Made by a program: the position numbers and the translations under genes. Shown here one piece after another: positions 18,414-31,113 of a stretch of 64,000 nt of DNA (position 1 is its first letter; every line of letters begins with the position of its first letter). This DNA is from the human T2T-CHM13v2.0 reference genome, Homo sapiens. The notes beneath the pieces are model-generated. The model was not told the DNA's origin. It did no database searches and saw nothing but the letters and a program-made list of their open reading frames with translations. Where the stretch lies: assembly GCF_009914755.1 (NCBI RefSeq), contig NC_060932.1; one strand, given 5' to 3'.

Positions 18414-18850
18414 GACTCACTTTCTTGATCAATATGTTGAGCTGCTTTTTCATGCATGTGTTTCTGTGTGTGTTCAATGACATACGTTCAATGCCCCTGC
18501 CCATGTTCAATGACATACGTATAATCACATACATCCATACCCCCCAGGGGTAGGGGATAAAGCAGAGGGATGTGGATGGTTTCACAAGCTTCTCTTCTTA
18601 AATTTTTCTATGCCTTTTAAGCTAAAAAAGCATTTTCCAGTGTCTCTCTACATAACATGCATACATTAAGGCACACATTCACAAAGGTCGACATTCACTA
18701 AACCAAAAATCTATCATGATATTTTCTCTAATCAGAGACCAGAATATCAACATTTATTAATTTTGAGTATATCTATATGTCTGTTATTTGATACCAAAAA
18801 CTTTAATAAACTGAGACCTCCTCTGTTTATTAAACCCACTGTTTACAGTG

Positions 18851-19365
18851 GTGTGTTAATTTTCTATTGCTACAAACCAATCATGACCCAATGCAGATTT
18901 ATAGCTGCACAGGTCAGAAGTCTGACAGAAGTCTGATCTGGCTGAAATCAAGATGTCAGCATGGCTGTGCTCCTGTCTGGAGGCCCTAGAGGAGAATCTG
19001 TTTCCTGGCTCATTTAGGTTGTTGGCTGAATTCAGTTCTTTTTGGTTATAATACCAAGGTCCCCATTTCCTTGCTATCAGCTGAGGGCCATTCCCAGTTT
19101 CTAGAGGTTGCCTGCATTCCTGGGCTCTTCTCCACCCTCCCTTCCACCTTCAAAGCCAGCAATGGTGGATAAACTCTCTCTCCTCCTTCACATCCCTCCT
19201 GTGTCTTTCTCTGTGCTCTCTCTGACCACAGTCAGGAAAGCGTCTTTTCTTTTAAGGGCTTATGTGATGAGACTGGGCACATCTGGATAATCCAGACTAC
19301 TCTGTTCATTTCAAGGTCCATAACTTTAATTACATATGCAGAGGTTTGGTGCTTAATGCATAGAC
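18851..19365 (-). mobile_element. MLT1E-like MaLR LTR
   Basis: ggctgaaatcaagatgtcagc...ggagaatctgtttcc...gttggctgaattcagttc. Confidence 0.72.
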
Positions 19366-19368
19366 ATC

Positions 19369-19825
19369 TGTGGTAGGCTGAACAGTGGTCCCCCCACAAA
19401 TGATGTTCATGTCCCAATACCTGGAACCTGTGCTACCTTATATGGCAAAGACTTTGCAGAGGTCTCGAGATAGGGAGACTAGCCTGAGTTATCTGGATGA
19501 GCCCTAAATGCAATCACAAGCCCTAAATGCAATCACAAGAGGGACATTTCAGATAGATGAGCAGAAGGCAGTGGACCATAGAAACAGAGACTAGAGTGAT
19601 GTGGCCACAAGCCAAGGATACCAGTGGCCATCAGAAGCTGGAAGATGCAAGAAATAGATTGTCCTTTAGAGCATCCAGAGGGCACGTGGCCCTACCAACA
19701 CCTTGATTTTGGCCCAGTGATGCTGATTTTGGACTTCTGAATTCTAGGTCTATGAGAGAATAAATTTCTGTTTTAAGCCACTGGGTTTGTGATAATTTGC
19801 TATAGCAGCTATAGGAAACTAGCAC
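19369..19825 (+). mobile_element. MLT1C/D/E-like MaLR LTR, back to back with the previous LTR
   Basis: tgtggtaggctgaac...aataaatttctgttttaagccac...ggaaactagcaca. Confidence 0.82.
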
Positions 19826-21041
19826 AACATCCCCCAGGGAGCCATTAATCTGCCTCCTACAAGGGATGCGATGGATTTTTATAAGCACGTGTGATTTGCA
19901 CACTCTTGTTCCATAGCCAGGGTTCCTGCTGAATTGGCATTTTCATAGGACAGCAGTTTTTAGGAGTAGCAGGACATCACATTAGTGAAAAATGAGTATC
20001 CTTTACAAGAAAACCACAAAGAAGGATCCTAATGCATGTGTTTGCTAATTGATTGCCATTTTGGCAAGCTCTTAATAAGGATATAAGTCATCAGGTAATT
20101 ATACAAAGTAAGAATATGGGAGCAGCATTATGGAAGGAGGCGGAGCCAATGAATTTGCTGATCTGTGCATTGCAGACTGAATATGTTCCCCTAGAACTGA
20201 GTCACCCTGGCAGCATCAGGACACAGGCCCCGGCCAGGGATGAATCAGGCTTCTGGCTCATCCTGCTGCCCCAACGACTTACAATCTTAATCCTTCAGAG
20301 GCCTAAAGTCCTGGAAATGTTGCAGTTTTGGTGACTTACATATAATTCCAACAAAAATCAAGACAAATTTAAAACAGAACATACATTGTATGTGAAATTA
20401 AGAGTTTCTTGGTAGATTTTCCAACTACAAAAGTCTTCATTAATTCCTCAAGAGTAAACTTTTTTCTGTTTGGGGATGGGAAGATGCTTTGCTGGCGCTT
20501 ATTCTGCTCACTGGGAAAACTATGTGCACACAAGTCCAGAGCCATCCAGCCTGAAGTCCCACTTCTGGCTCTCACACATCCCTTTCCATTCCAATCCATT
20601 GTTTTCCTCTTGGTTTTCAAAGTTCCCTCAATCTGGCCTTATGTCATCCCTCCAGGAAGAGTCTCAATTCTTCTCAAGGGAACTCAGGGCTTATCTGGTC
20701 ATTTCTTCATTGGGTCTCCACATTTCCACATGACTTCTTCATCCTCATCTCTGCACATTTGCATATAACAGAGCCCCTATCTGTAACACCAGCCCCACTT
20801 CTTTATGCGAGGCCAAACTTTCTTCATCCTTTAGCATTCACAGACTTTCTCCAAACAACCTTCTCCTGAGTGTCATTTATGGCTGAATCACTTAGTATAC
20901 ATTTACTCTGTGCTAAGTACTGAACTGTGGATAGCAGTGAAGAAGTCAGACAAGGTCTCACCCCCAGGAGCTTAGAGTCTAGTGAGGGAGATGAGAATAA
21001 AAGCAGGGAAGCAAACAAAGCATTCAGATTGTAGCAGGCAC

Positions 21042-21533
21042 CATGTTCATTTCCTATGCCCCTGTAACACATTACCATAAACCAGGTTGCTTAAAGCAAT
21101 ACGTATTTATTCCCTTATAGTTCTGGAGGCCAAAAGTCTGAAATTCGAATTAATGGGGGAAAGTCAAAGCATCCTCAGGGCTGCCCTCCCTCCTGATCCT
21201 CTAGGGGAGAGCCCTTTGCTTTGCTCTTCCTAGCTTCTAGAGCTGCATTTTTTTTCAGCCCTGCATCTTCAAAGCCAGAGCCATAGCATCTTCTCTCTCT
21301 GACTCTGCTTCCATCGCACGGCTCCTCCTCTGTGTGAAGTCTCCCTTGGCCTCCCTCTTATAAAGATACATGTGGTTACATGTAGGACCCAGTGAAATAA
21401 TGCAGGCAGGATTATGTCTGCATGGCAAGGTCTTCAATATGTACAACTACCCTTTTTCCATATGGGGCAATGTTCACAGGTTCCAGGGCTTAGGATCTGG
21501 ATATGTTTACAGGCCATTATTCGGGCTACCACA
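21042..21533 (-). mobile_element. MLT1C/D-like MaLR LTR
   Basis: tttcctatgcccctgtaacacattacc...ggccattattcgggctaccaca. Confidence 0.78.
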
Positions 21534-22522
21534 GGGCTCTGTAGAAAACAAGCCAGGCAGGAAGAAAGGTGCTACCTCTATATAAGGCGGCCAGGAAAGG
21601 TGAATGTCATCAGGGAACTTTAAGTCAAGATTTAAAGAGTGAGAACAAGCCTTGGTCCTTGATTATTCATCAGTGGCCGTAACAAAATAGAAATACACAT
21701 TAAAAGTTAATAAAAATACCGCACAAATAATTTGTATTAACAGTGAGCTGTATAATTGTGTGATTTCTATCTCATCAGAACCTAATGATTACCTCCAGAA
21801 AATGTGAGGTTGACAAAATGACCTTGTGTGCACATGCAGATTTTTTTAAAATATTTCTGAAGCTAATTGCTGCTTGATGCTTTTGCTATAAATCCAGGTT
21901 TTATATTTATTCATGCCTCATTTCAAAATAAATCTGAAGAATTAAATATCGTTTTGACAATGATAAATGCTTAAATAAAGATATACACGATCAGTCAGTT
22001 CACCAAATATTCAGACTGGCCATTTCACTGTTGGAAAATCCCACTTCCATTCATTTGCTGGAGATTGTTGGAGATTAGCCAATTGAACCCTGAAATCTAT
22101 AATTTGAAGAATAATTAAGAGTTATTTTATATATGTCAAAGAGATGTCGTAGTTGTAAAGAATAGAAGATTGGAAATAACTGTTTTTTTAAAATGATAGA
22201 TGCTTCTCTTTAAATATTAAGTGCTTTTCTCTTTGCAAAAGTCATAGCTATTCAAGGTTTCTAAAATGCTGCTAAAGTTGTCTTTCTTAATGTGGATGCT
22301 AGTGACATGGATAGGTACAGTTTGTTAAAATTTATCAAGCTATACTTATAGCATTTGGATTATGCATAAGCTATACTTATTACATTTAAAAATAGCAATT
22401 TATTTGTTGTTAAAAACCAGAAAATGCCGGGAAGTAACAAGAAACACAGAAAACATGATCTAGCTCCTCAAAATTTTAGTTGGAATATTTCAGTTCACCT
22501 CTTCTTTATCTGTTTACCTGTC

Positions 22523-23048
22523 TGTGTGGCAGTTTAAGGAGGGCCACAAATCCATCAAGAAGTAGAGTCTCTTTCTCTCCTCTGGGCAGGCCCCATGACT
22601 TGTTTTGACTAACAGGATGCAGCAGAAGTGATGCTGTGCAACTTCTGAAGCTGGGTTTGAAGACATTCTGCACCTCCTGCTTTCATGCACTTGGAACACT
22701 GCGCCCCTGGGATCCAGCCACCATGCTGAGAGAGGCCCAAGCCATACAGACAGAGAACATGGAGAACAAAGGTGCTCCAGTTGACAATCCCAGCTGAGGT
22801 CCCAAATGACAACCAGGACCAATTATCAGCCATATGTGTGCACCATCTTGGATGGTACAGCTCAGTGCAGTTTCCAGATGACTGCAGGTCCTGCTGACAG
22901 AACATGGAGCAGAAGTTCTTTCCGGCTAAACCCAGTCAGCCCACAGAATTGTGAGAGATGTTAAATTGGCTGTTGCTTTTAAGCTGCTGCCCCAGTGAAA
23001 AGGCATTTAATTGAAGTAGCTATTACTCAGCAATAGGTAGCTGGAATT
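22523..23048 (+). mobile_element. MLT1F/G/H-like MaLR LTR
   Basis: tgtggcag...gcagaagtgatgctgtgcaacttc...cagcaataggtagctggaa. Confidence 0.75.
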
Positions 23049-24714
23049 CCTTACTTGTCTTTTATTCCATGTATCAATTTGTCATTTAATTTATCTATAA
23101 TCTATCTTGGTCAGCATAGTGTGGTAGCTCTACAGTCAGACATATAGTTTTGCAGTTCAGTTTGAGGCTGACCATAAGATGGGGCAGCAAGAGAAAGAGG
23201 GGAAACTGGGCTTAGTCCCAAGGGAATGGGATGAGGCACAGCTGCAGGGCTGTGGGGTGAAGGAAGCACAAGCAAAAGACACAGGGCAGGGCCATCCTGG
23301 GAAATATGAGTGAGGAGATGGGGCACAATGAGAGTCCAGCCCAGCCTTGCTCATCTTGACTCAGCCTGAGCACAGGGGAGTGGTTAGACTCTGATGGGAA
23401 GGAAAAGCAAACAGCTCATACAGAGGACAAAACACCACTTCCCCACACTCATGTAGGTGAAAGAGCTTGGTGCCCAGCAGACCCAGACAAAGAGGAAGGC
23501 AAGGCAGCTAGGCTGCCTGGAGTTATGTCAAGAGGTGCTGTCTGCTAGCGCTGCTGGGAATCTGGATGGGTCAGACACAATGAACACTTTCACTCTGCGG
23601 AATAATCCAAACCCCAGCAAAGAGATTTGCTATTCCTGGAGTCATCATCAGACTGATCTCTAGTGGGGAGGGGGAGTGGTCAGCATAGGGGGAGGGGAGG
23701 TATGCACGCATTACATACCTAAGGATGGTGAATTTAGATGGTAAAATTTAGATTTCGTTAGTCTCATGAGGATGAAAACATCTGATATTCTGAGACAGCT
23801 TACTTGGATGAGACCGTTTGAAATTATCTTCAAAAACAATTTAAACTGTGTTTTCCAAAAAATACCCCATGGACATCCTTACCCCGTACCTGAGCCTAAC
23901 CCCATCTCTAATCCAGTTGAGAGTTTCACCATATCCTTCGTGCTAAAAAAATTCAAAGACACAGTTTTAAAGTCCTTTACAAAACAAAAAATACAGAGTA
24001 ATGTGTATTGGAGACAACTTCATCTACCTCTTGTGTCTCACTCCATCCCTGACTCTCATTGTGTGCCCTGCTTGTGTCTGCAGTGGGAGGTCAGGACTGT
24101 CAGCTCTGCACCTGACTGGTTAAGAAATGGCAATATTTTTATGTCTTTGAAGCTGCCATGCCAAAACAGCCTCCTCCAAATAAATTGCTTGGTTGCAGGT
24201 TAATGAAACAGTGAGGCTTGGCTTAATCATCCCATTGTGTCTACAAGACGCGCATGCCAACCTACACGTGTTTTCCACTTGGTTCAGTCATCCCGGGCTT
24301 GGCTTTACAGCCCTCAGACAGTCACCAGCATATGGCTGTCTACGGTAATAAAGGTGAGAGCCACATAGCCAGATAAGGCTCCAGAAACCTTGAGACTACT
24401 TTCTTTCTACTAGGTCTTTAAGTTAGAGGCAAAACAAACAAAAAACAAAAACAAACAACAACAAAAAACTTGATTAAATTTCATTTAGTATGCTTTCACC
24501 AAAAGTACTAAAGCAGCCTTTTTGTTTGTTTTGTTTATTTCATAAAGTTTTTGGTACAGTCATCTGTCTGCATATGAAGATGGAAAGCAGAGGCTTTTGT
24601 ATTTTTTAACCCATGACTCACAGTAATGAAGGCATTGAAAATCACAAGCCAGTTCACACACAGGTGAGTGTGCAAATGGAAACAAACTTTTCACAAAATG
24701 CTATTTTTACTCTG

Positions 24715-25142
24715 TGTGATGGTAAATTTTATGTGTCAACCTAGCTAGGCTATGGTATGCCACTGTTTGGTCAAATATCAGTCTAGGTGTTGCTGTGAAT
24801 GTATTTTTTAGATGTGATTAACACTTAATCACATTGACTTTGAGTAAAGCAGATGACCTTCCATCAGGTGTGTGGGCCTTGTCCAATCAGTTGAAGACCT
24901 GAAAAGACCGAGGTTCCCCCGAAAGAAAGGAATTCTGCCTCTACACTGTCTTTGGACTCAAGACTTTAACTTCATCTGTTGCCACAATTTCCAGCCAGCT
25001 AGTCCACCCTGCAGATTTCAGATTTGCCAGCCCCTATAATCATGTGATTATCTTTCCCTGTGTTTCTATGTATCTATCTAGATCCCTCTCCATCTTACAC
25101 ACACATCCTATTGCTCCTGTTTCTCTGGAGAATCCTGATACA
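24715..25142 (+). mobile_element. MLT2 (ERVL) solo LTR
   Basis: tgtgatggtaaattttatgtgtcaac...tctctggagaatcctgataca. Confidence 0.87.
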
Positions 25143-25536
25143 CTACATAAACACAATCTAATATTTTCTATTCTATTTAATTAAGAGAAAAATATTGTTT
25201 GCAATCTATTAAATTAATTTTTAAAAATTATATATATAAATTATATAATAAAAAGCATTTAAAAGTCATTTTAAATGTCAATTCTGTGTATAAGCTATGT
25301 AACAAAGCTGTTTCAAAGTCATTAAACTTTTAAAAAGCGTTTAAACATTAATAGCTGTTTAAAAGTCATGTTAAGATGACTTTTACACAGATTTGCTATC
25401 ATGTAATTTATATACCACCATATTATCTCATTTAAAATGTACAATTCAATTATTCTCAGTTATTTTTGTGGGGCTATCGCCATAATATAGTTTTAGAATA
25501 TTTTCATCATCCACCCCCCTCAAAAAAGTCTCTAGA

Positions 25537-25836
25537 TTTTTTTTTTTTTCTTTTTTTGAGACGGGGTTTCGCTCTGTCGCCCAGGCTGGAATGCAGTGGC
25601 GCGATCTTGGCTCACTGCAACCTCTCCTCCCGGGTTCAAGCAATTCTCCTGCCTCAGCCTCCCAAATAGCTGGGACTACAGGTGCGCCACCATGCCCGGG
25701 TAATTTTTGTATTTCTGGTAGAGATGGGGTTTCCCCATATTGGTCAGGCTGGTCTCGAACTCCTGGCCTCAAGTGATCCACCCGCCTTGGCCTCTGCAAA
25801 GTGCTGGGATTACAGGCGTGAGCCACCGCGCCCAGC
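25537..25836 (-). mobile_element. AluS
   Basis: Full dimer; TSD ctagattttt. Confidence 0.92.
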
Positions 25837-25914
25837 TACCCTAGATTTTTAGTTGTCTTTCCACACTCGTCACTTTTCTTTTCCTTTCTTTTTTTGACAA
25901 GAATTGTTCTAAAG

Positions 25915-26102
25915 CAGTGCTTCTCAAAGTGTAATTCAGAACCAGAATCATCAGCATTGCCTGGGAACTTGTTAAAAATGCAAATTCTTGCATCACACCT
26001 CAAACCTACTGAATCAGAAACTCTTGCAGGGGAGTCCAGCAATCTATGTTCCAACAAGTCCTCCAGGCAATTCTGATGCATGCGAAAGTTGAAACAACAC
26101 TG
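25915..26102. mobile_element. MER5A (hAT-Charlie MITE)
   Basis: cagtgcttctcaaa...tgaaacaacactg termini; gggaacttgttaaaaatgcaaattc, ctactgaatcagaaact. Confidence 0.87.
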
Positions 26103-26791
26103 ATCTGTAGGACACGACACTGTGCCCATATGCTTTCAGGATGAGAAGGGGAAACTGCTGGGTCCTATGTCACCCACAGGTCCTGTGGGATTCAAGTTTC
26201 ATTCAGAAGTCACCTCAAAATGTTCAGACCTAATATTCAGTTCATGATCAATTCACTAATCAATCTTGGGAGGAATAAAGCTCTTTCTAATGGAATTGGA
26301 AAGTGGTTGAATGAAGTTTCCATCTCCCCAGAGGTACACTTTGACCAGGGATGATGAAGAAGAGGTGTCTGCAGCCCTTCTCAGTAGGGACTAAGAGACT
26401 TGTCAGGCCAAGGCTTTGTCAAAAGGAATCCTGCTCTTCCAGGGTTCCATACCCAGGTGTCTGCGAGTGAAAGGTGGCATTGGTCCAGATCCTCTGATTA
26501 CAGAAAAGGAAAAATGACTGATATGGGCCCAAATAAAGAGGAAGGTGTAAGTTGAGGATGCCAAGGTCTCATGGAATGCACAGATCAAGAGAGAAACTGA
26601 GCCAGGCCTCCTGGGAATTGGAGAGCCATCAGAAACAGAATTAGTTATCTCTTCTTTTGATATCCCCTTGGCGTCTCTGTCAGTATAGTCATCTGTCTCT
26701 GCCTATGAATGTCCTCTGCTTTCTCATGGCTCATGGTGGTGCTCTGAATACCTGAATCTCCATCAAATGTCATTTCGGGTTCCACAGCTAA

Positions 26792-27187
<396 letters not shown>

Positions 27188-28587
27188 AACTTTTGCATTT
27201 TAAATTCATACAGACAACTATTCCAAAAATAGAAGCATCAGACCTAAAGACTGAACTATATAGCTCAGTAACCATTCCTGGTAAAAAGATATAAACCAGA
27301 ATTCAAAGCCAGGCAATTGTTTCCAGTAAGATGTGCTGCTTCTTCAAGCCATTGATGTTTCAGAGACTATTAATACTTATAGTATTTATAAGTCATTGCT
27401 GGATGAATGAAAATACTTGAAAAATCTCAGAAGTAGTAGCATCCTGAATCCCCAAGTAGAGGTCCATGTCATATTTTAATCTCCACTCTCCCATTACCAA
27501 GAGTGTGGTCCTGAATTGGTCACTGCATATTCCTACACCAATGTGCCTTTGTGTACGAGGAATGCCGAGTGGATGATGTATAAGCTTCCTTCCACTTTAA
27601 TAATTTGATTCAGTGGTGCTGACTCTGCAGTCCCCTTTCTATAGGGCTTGGAGGAACAGCAAGAAATGGGCTTAGTCCTTTGCAGTGCATCAATGCACAG
27701 GACATTTATCTGCTTTCCAGAGTCATTGTGCTACTCCCATAATTCACAGCTTGTCTCTGAAAGGAGGTTTTACTTACTCCATTTCCTATGGAGACATCAA
27801 GCTCTCCAGAAGTAGCTACAAGGCTAACAGCTGGGAATCTGTAGTTTCCAGTGATATTACCACGTCTAACTGTGCTTTTTAAGAAAGTTTATTTGAGACA
27901 AGAGTAGTGTATGTTCACAAGCCCAGCCATGACACGTATCTTTGGTTAGTGTTTCTTAAGAAGCCATGCTAAGTTATGTGTTCACCTCTTTTTGTATCTA
28001 CTGTGTATTAGTGACTCCTGCTTGGTAGGTGTCCAGTAGATGTTTGCTGTTGATGGTGATGAAGATGACATATGTCTCAAAACTGAGATTTATATAATGG
28101 GAACCTTCTGAAATGATGACCTCACATTTGTTAAAACAAAGTCCAGATAGGGCAAAGCCCCAGTGTAATATTAGTGTGAGGTTGCGCTCTGACTCCCGTG
28201 AGCTATGCACGGAATTATGCTTTAGGGAAGTCAGTGCAATCCATGGCCTGTGGTGTCAGCCTTATGGAATCTTTAAGTGAATGATGAAAAGGTGCCCCCT
28301 TCTGGGAAAATGCAGCCCTGCAGGTACAACATTTAGCTACAGACAAAAAGGGGCCTGTTCTGGTGAGCCATGACCCTGCCAAGGTGGGAGGCTTGGCAAG
28401 TAGAATGTCAATTAGATTTCGCCCCTACTCGTCCCTGCATCTGGGAACCTTTGTGGAATGCACAAACTGCACAGTCTTGCAGAGTGGCCCTTAGTGAATG
28501 CCACCAACTGTGTAAGTATAAATAGATCAGACTAGGGCTTTGCAGTGCTTTATGCAAACATCTTAAAGTAATAGCTATTACCCTAAA

Positions 28588-28840
28588 ATTATATACTGAT
28601 ATGTGTATCTATATATATAATTATATATATCATATGTTATATGATATGGAATTATAATATAATATAATTATATATAATATAATAATATATAATTATTTAT
28701 AACATAATTATATAATTATATATAATAATGGTAAAGTATATATAATACTATATATACTGTATCCTGTATAAATATGATATACTTTATAAATATAGTTGTA
28801 TATTTATGTCAGTATAAAATACTATGTCAGTGCGTGTGTG

Positions 28841-28871
<31 letters not shown>

Positions 28872-28882
28872 ATATACACACA
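28588..28882. repeat. AT-rich low-complexity (TA)n tract followed by (TG)n
   Basis: Visible directly. Confidence 0.9.
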
Positions 28883-29269
28883 CTCCAAATCATTACACAG
28901 CTTCTTAAATTCTTCTCACTTGCTTTTTAGTAAAGAAGACAAGATTTGAGTTTCAGTAAGAAACAAACAATAGGAAGTTTGTGAATAGGCAGGTATTATC
29001 ACTACATTTGGTAACCAAAAGTGGATAAAATTTCCACCCGCAGGTACAATTGAAGGTCATTATTCACTGAGGTAAAATTTTCAGTAAGTTGTCTTTAAAA
29101 GAAAATTGAGCAAGTTGGTTTTGGTCTCACAGAATCAAGTGGTGGTGAGAATTCAAACATGACCATGTAGAGAAAAGTGCTTTTAAATTCTAAAGACCTA
29201 TACAAATGTCCATCACTTTAATTTGCAAGGTAGCCAATGTGAAGCTTAACAAGAAACCACAAAAAACAT

Positions 29270-29798
29270 TATTGTTTCTTGACAACACAAGAAACGTTCC
29301 TGTTTAAGTTAGGGAAAATAAAAGAATACTCTTTATCCCCACAATTACATACCATTGTTAAGAAACATCAATCCAGCAAGAGAATTAAATGGAGACATAA
29401 AATATTAGATGAGAGGGGTAAAATTATCATAATCTTGAGATGAGAAGACTGTATCCCTGGAAAAGCCAAGAGAGGCAGTTGGAAAATTATCATAAATAAA
29501 GGAATCCAACAAGTAGGCACAGAATTAGTATACAGAAATTATAGCCTTTACATAAACAAAAAACATTTAGTAGAAGTTAAAATAATAAAGATTCCAAGTA
29601 TAATAGTCAAAGGTAATAAAAGTGAATAGAAAATAAAATGAAGTACAAATTCACACAAGGAAAAATTTAAAAATCTTACAGAGGAACACAAAGAGTATCT
29701 AAACAAATATCCAGTTATTGAGAGGGAATATTCACTATTTTAAGGCTGGTGCGTCCACCTACATTAATCTATAAATTTAATGCAATCCCAATGAACTT
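29270..29798 (+). mobile_element. Highly degraded L1M ORF2 fragment
   Basis: gtaaaattatc; ctggaaaagccaagag; taatctataaatttaatgcaatcccaat. Confidence 0.65.
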
Positions 29799-29813
29799 GC
29801 CATTTAACTTTTC

Positions 29814-29986
29814 TTTTTTTTTCTTTTCTTTTTTGTGTCTGGCTTTTTTTAAAAAAGTATACTTTAAGTTTTAGGGTACATGTGCACAACGTGCAGGTTA
29901 GTTACATATGTATACATGTGCCATGTTGGTGTGCTGCACCCATTAACTCGTCATTTAACATTAGGTATATCTTCTAATGTTAAATG
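29814..29986 (-). mobile_element. Very short L1PA3-like insertion with 15-bp TSD
   Basis: tatactttaagttttagggtacatgtgcac...cattaggtatatc; TSD gccatttaacttttc at 29799-29813 and 29987-30001. Confidence 0.9.
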
Positions 29987-30725
29987 GCCATTTAACTTTT
30001 CATTCCAGCAATGAAAGACTTGTTATCTTGAAAACCCTTGTACTACAGATACCTAAAAATGAAGGATAACATCTAACTTACATCATTTTAAATGAGTAGC
30101 TGAAAGCCACTGATGCAAGAAAAAGAAAAAAGGGAGTGATGCAGTGTTGATGCTATGGCCCAGCTGGGGTAGAAAGTCTTGGGGAAAATGAAGATCTCCA
30201 TAATCCCAGATAGGTTTCAGCATGACTTGTGAATAGCTGAGTGCTACAGAACTCCACAGGTGGTTCCTGCAAGGTGAAATGTTGTAACTGATGTCCACAC
30301 TTAAGTCTGGACCCTTGAAAGAATGCACAGTTCGTGAAAGGATGAAAAGAAATGGCTTTATTGCCAACAGCTGTCATTTGGATAGGATAAAAGGTCTCTG
30401 ATCATTTACAACCACAGGCTTCTGCCTCGTGAGGGTCTGGGGTTAGCACTTATATTGCCTACATGATCCAAGAAACCGCAAGCTTGGTAATTATCATAAA
30501 CATTGAACAGCGTCTTTGAAACTGTGGCAGCACCTGGCAGATCCTTTGGGATAAAGCTGCTCTGTAGGAACCCACCTTTGACCCAGGTACACAGAATTCC
30601 CAAATTAAACACCCAATGAAGATGAGCTCACTGTCCAAAATTTCAAATTGCAAAAGATAAAAATTCTCCATGAGAACTAGTTAATGAACACATCATATAG
30701 GATTATTAGAAGAACATGAACAACA

Positions 30726-31113
30726 GTTATGGGTGAAATTGTCGCTCCCCACCCCAATTCACATGTAGAAGTCCTAACCCCCAGTTTCTCAGATGTGACT
30801 GTATATAGACACAGGGTCTTCAAAGAGGTATTTTAAGTAAAATAAAGTCATATGTTTGGGCCTTAATCCAATATGACTGGAGTCATCATTAGAAGGAAAG
30901 ATTAGGGCACAGACACCCACAGAGGGAAGAACAGATGAAGACACAGAGAGAAGACGGCCATCTACAAGCCAGGGGGAGAGGCCTCTGAACAAACCAACCC
31001 TGCTGGCACCTTGATCTCAGACTTTCAGCCTCCAGAACTGAGAAAATAAATTTCTGTTATTTAACCCACTCAGTCTGCAGTACTTTGCTATGGCAGACTT
31101 AGCAAACTAATTC
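30726..31113 (+). mobile_element. MLT1A0/B-like MaLR LTR
   Basis: gttatgggtgaaattg...gaagtcctaaccccc...gcaaactaattca. Confidence 0.83.

Noticed and set aside
18470-18520. Short direct repeats with spacer (tgttcaatgacatacgt x2; similar at ~12179, 19500, 42080) as a CRISPR-like array
   Set aside because: Only two copies each in eukaryotic intron DNA; they are local slippage duplications with no cas genes.
23766-24203. 145-aa and similar ORFs in unique DNA (also 37942..38397)
   Set aside because: No recognisable domain or exon structure; length is compatible with chance or low complexity.
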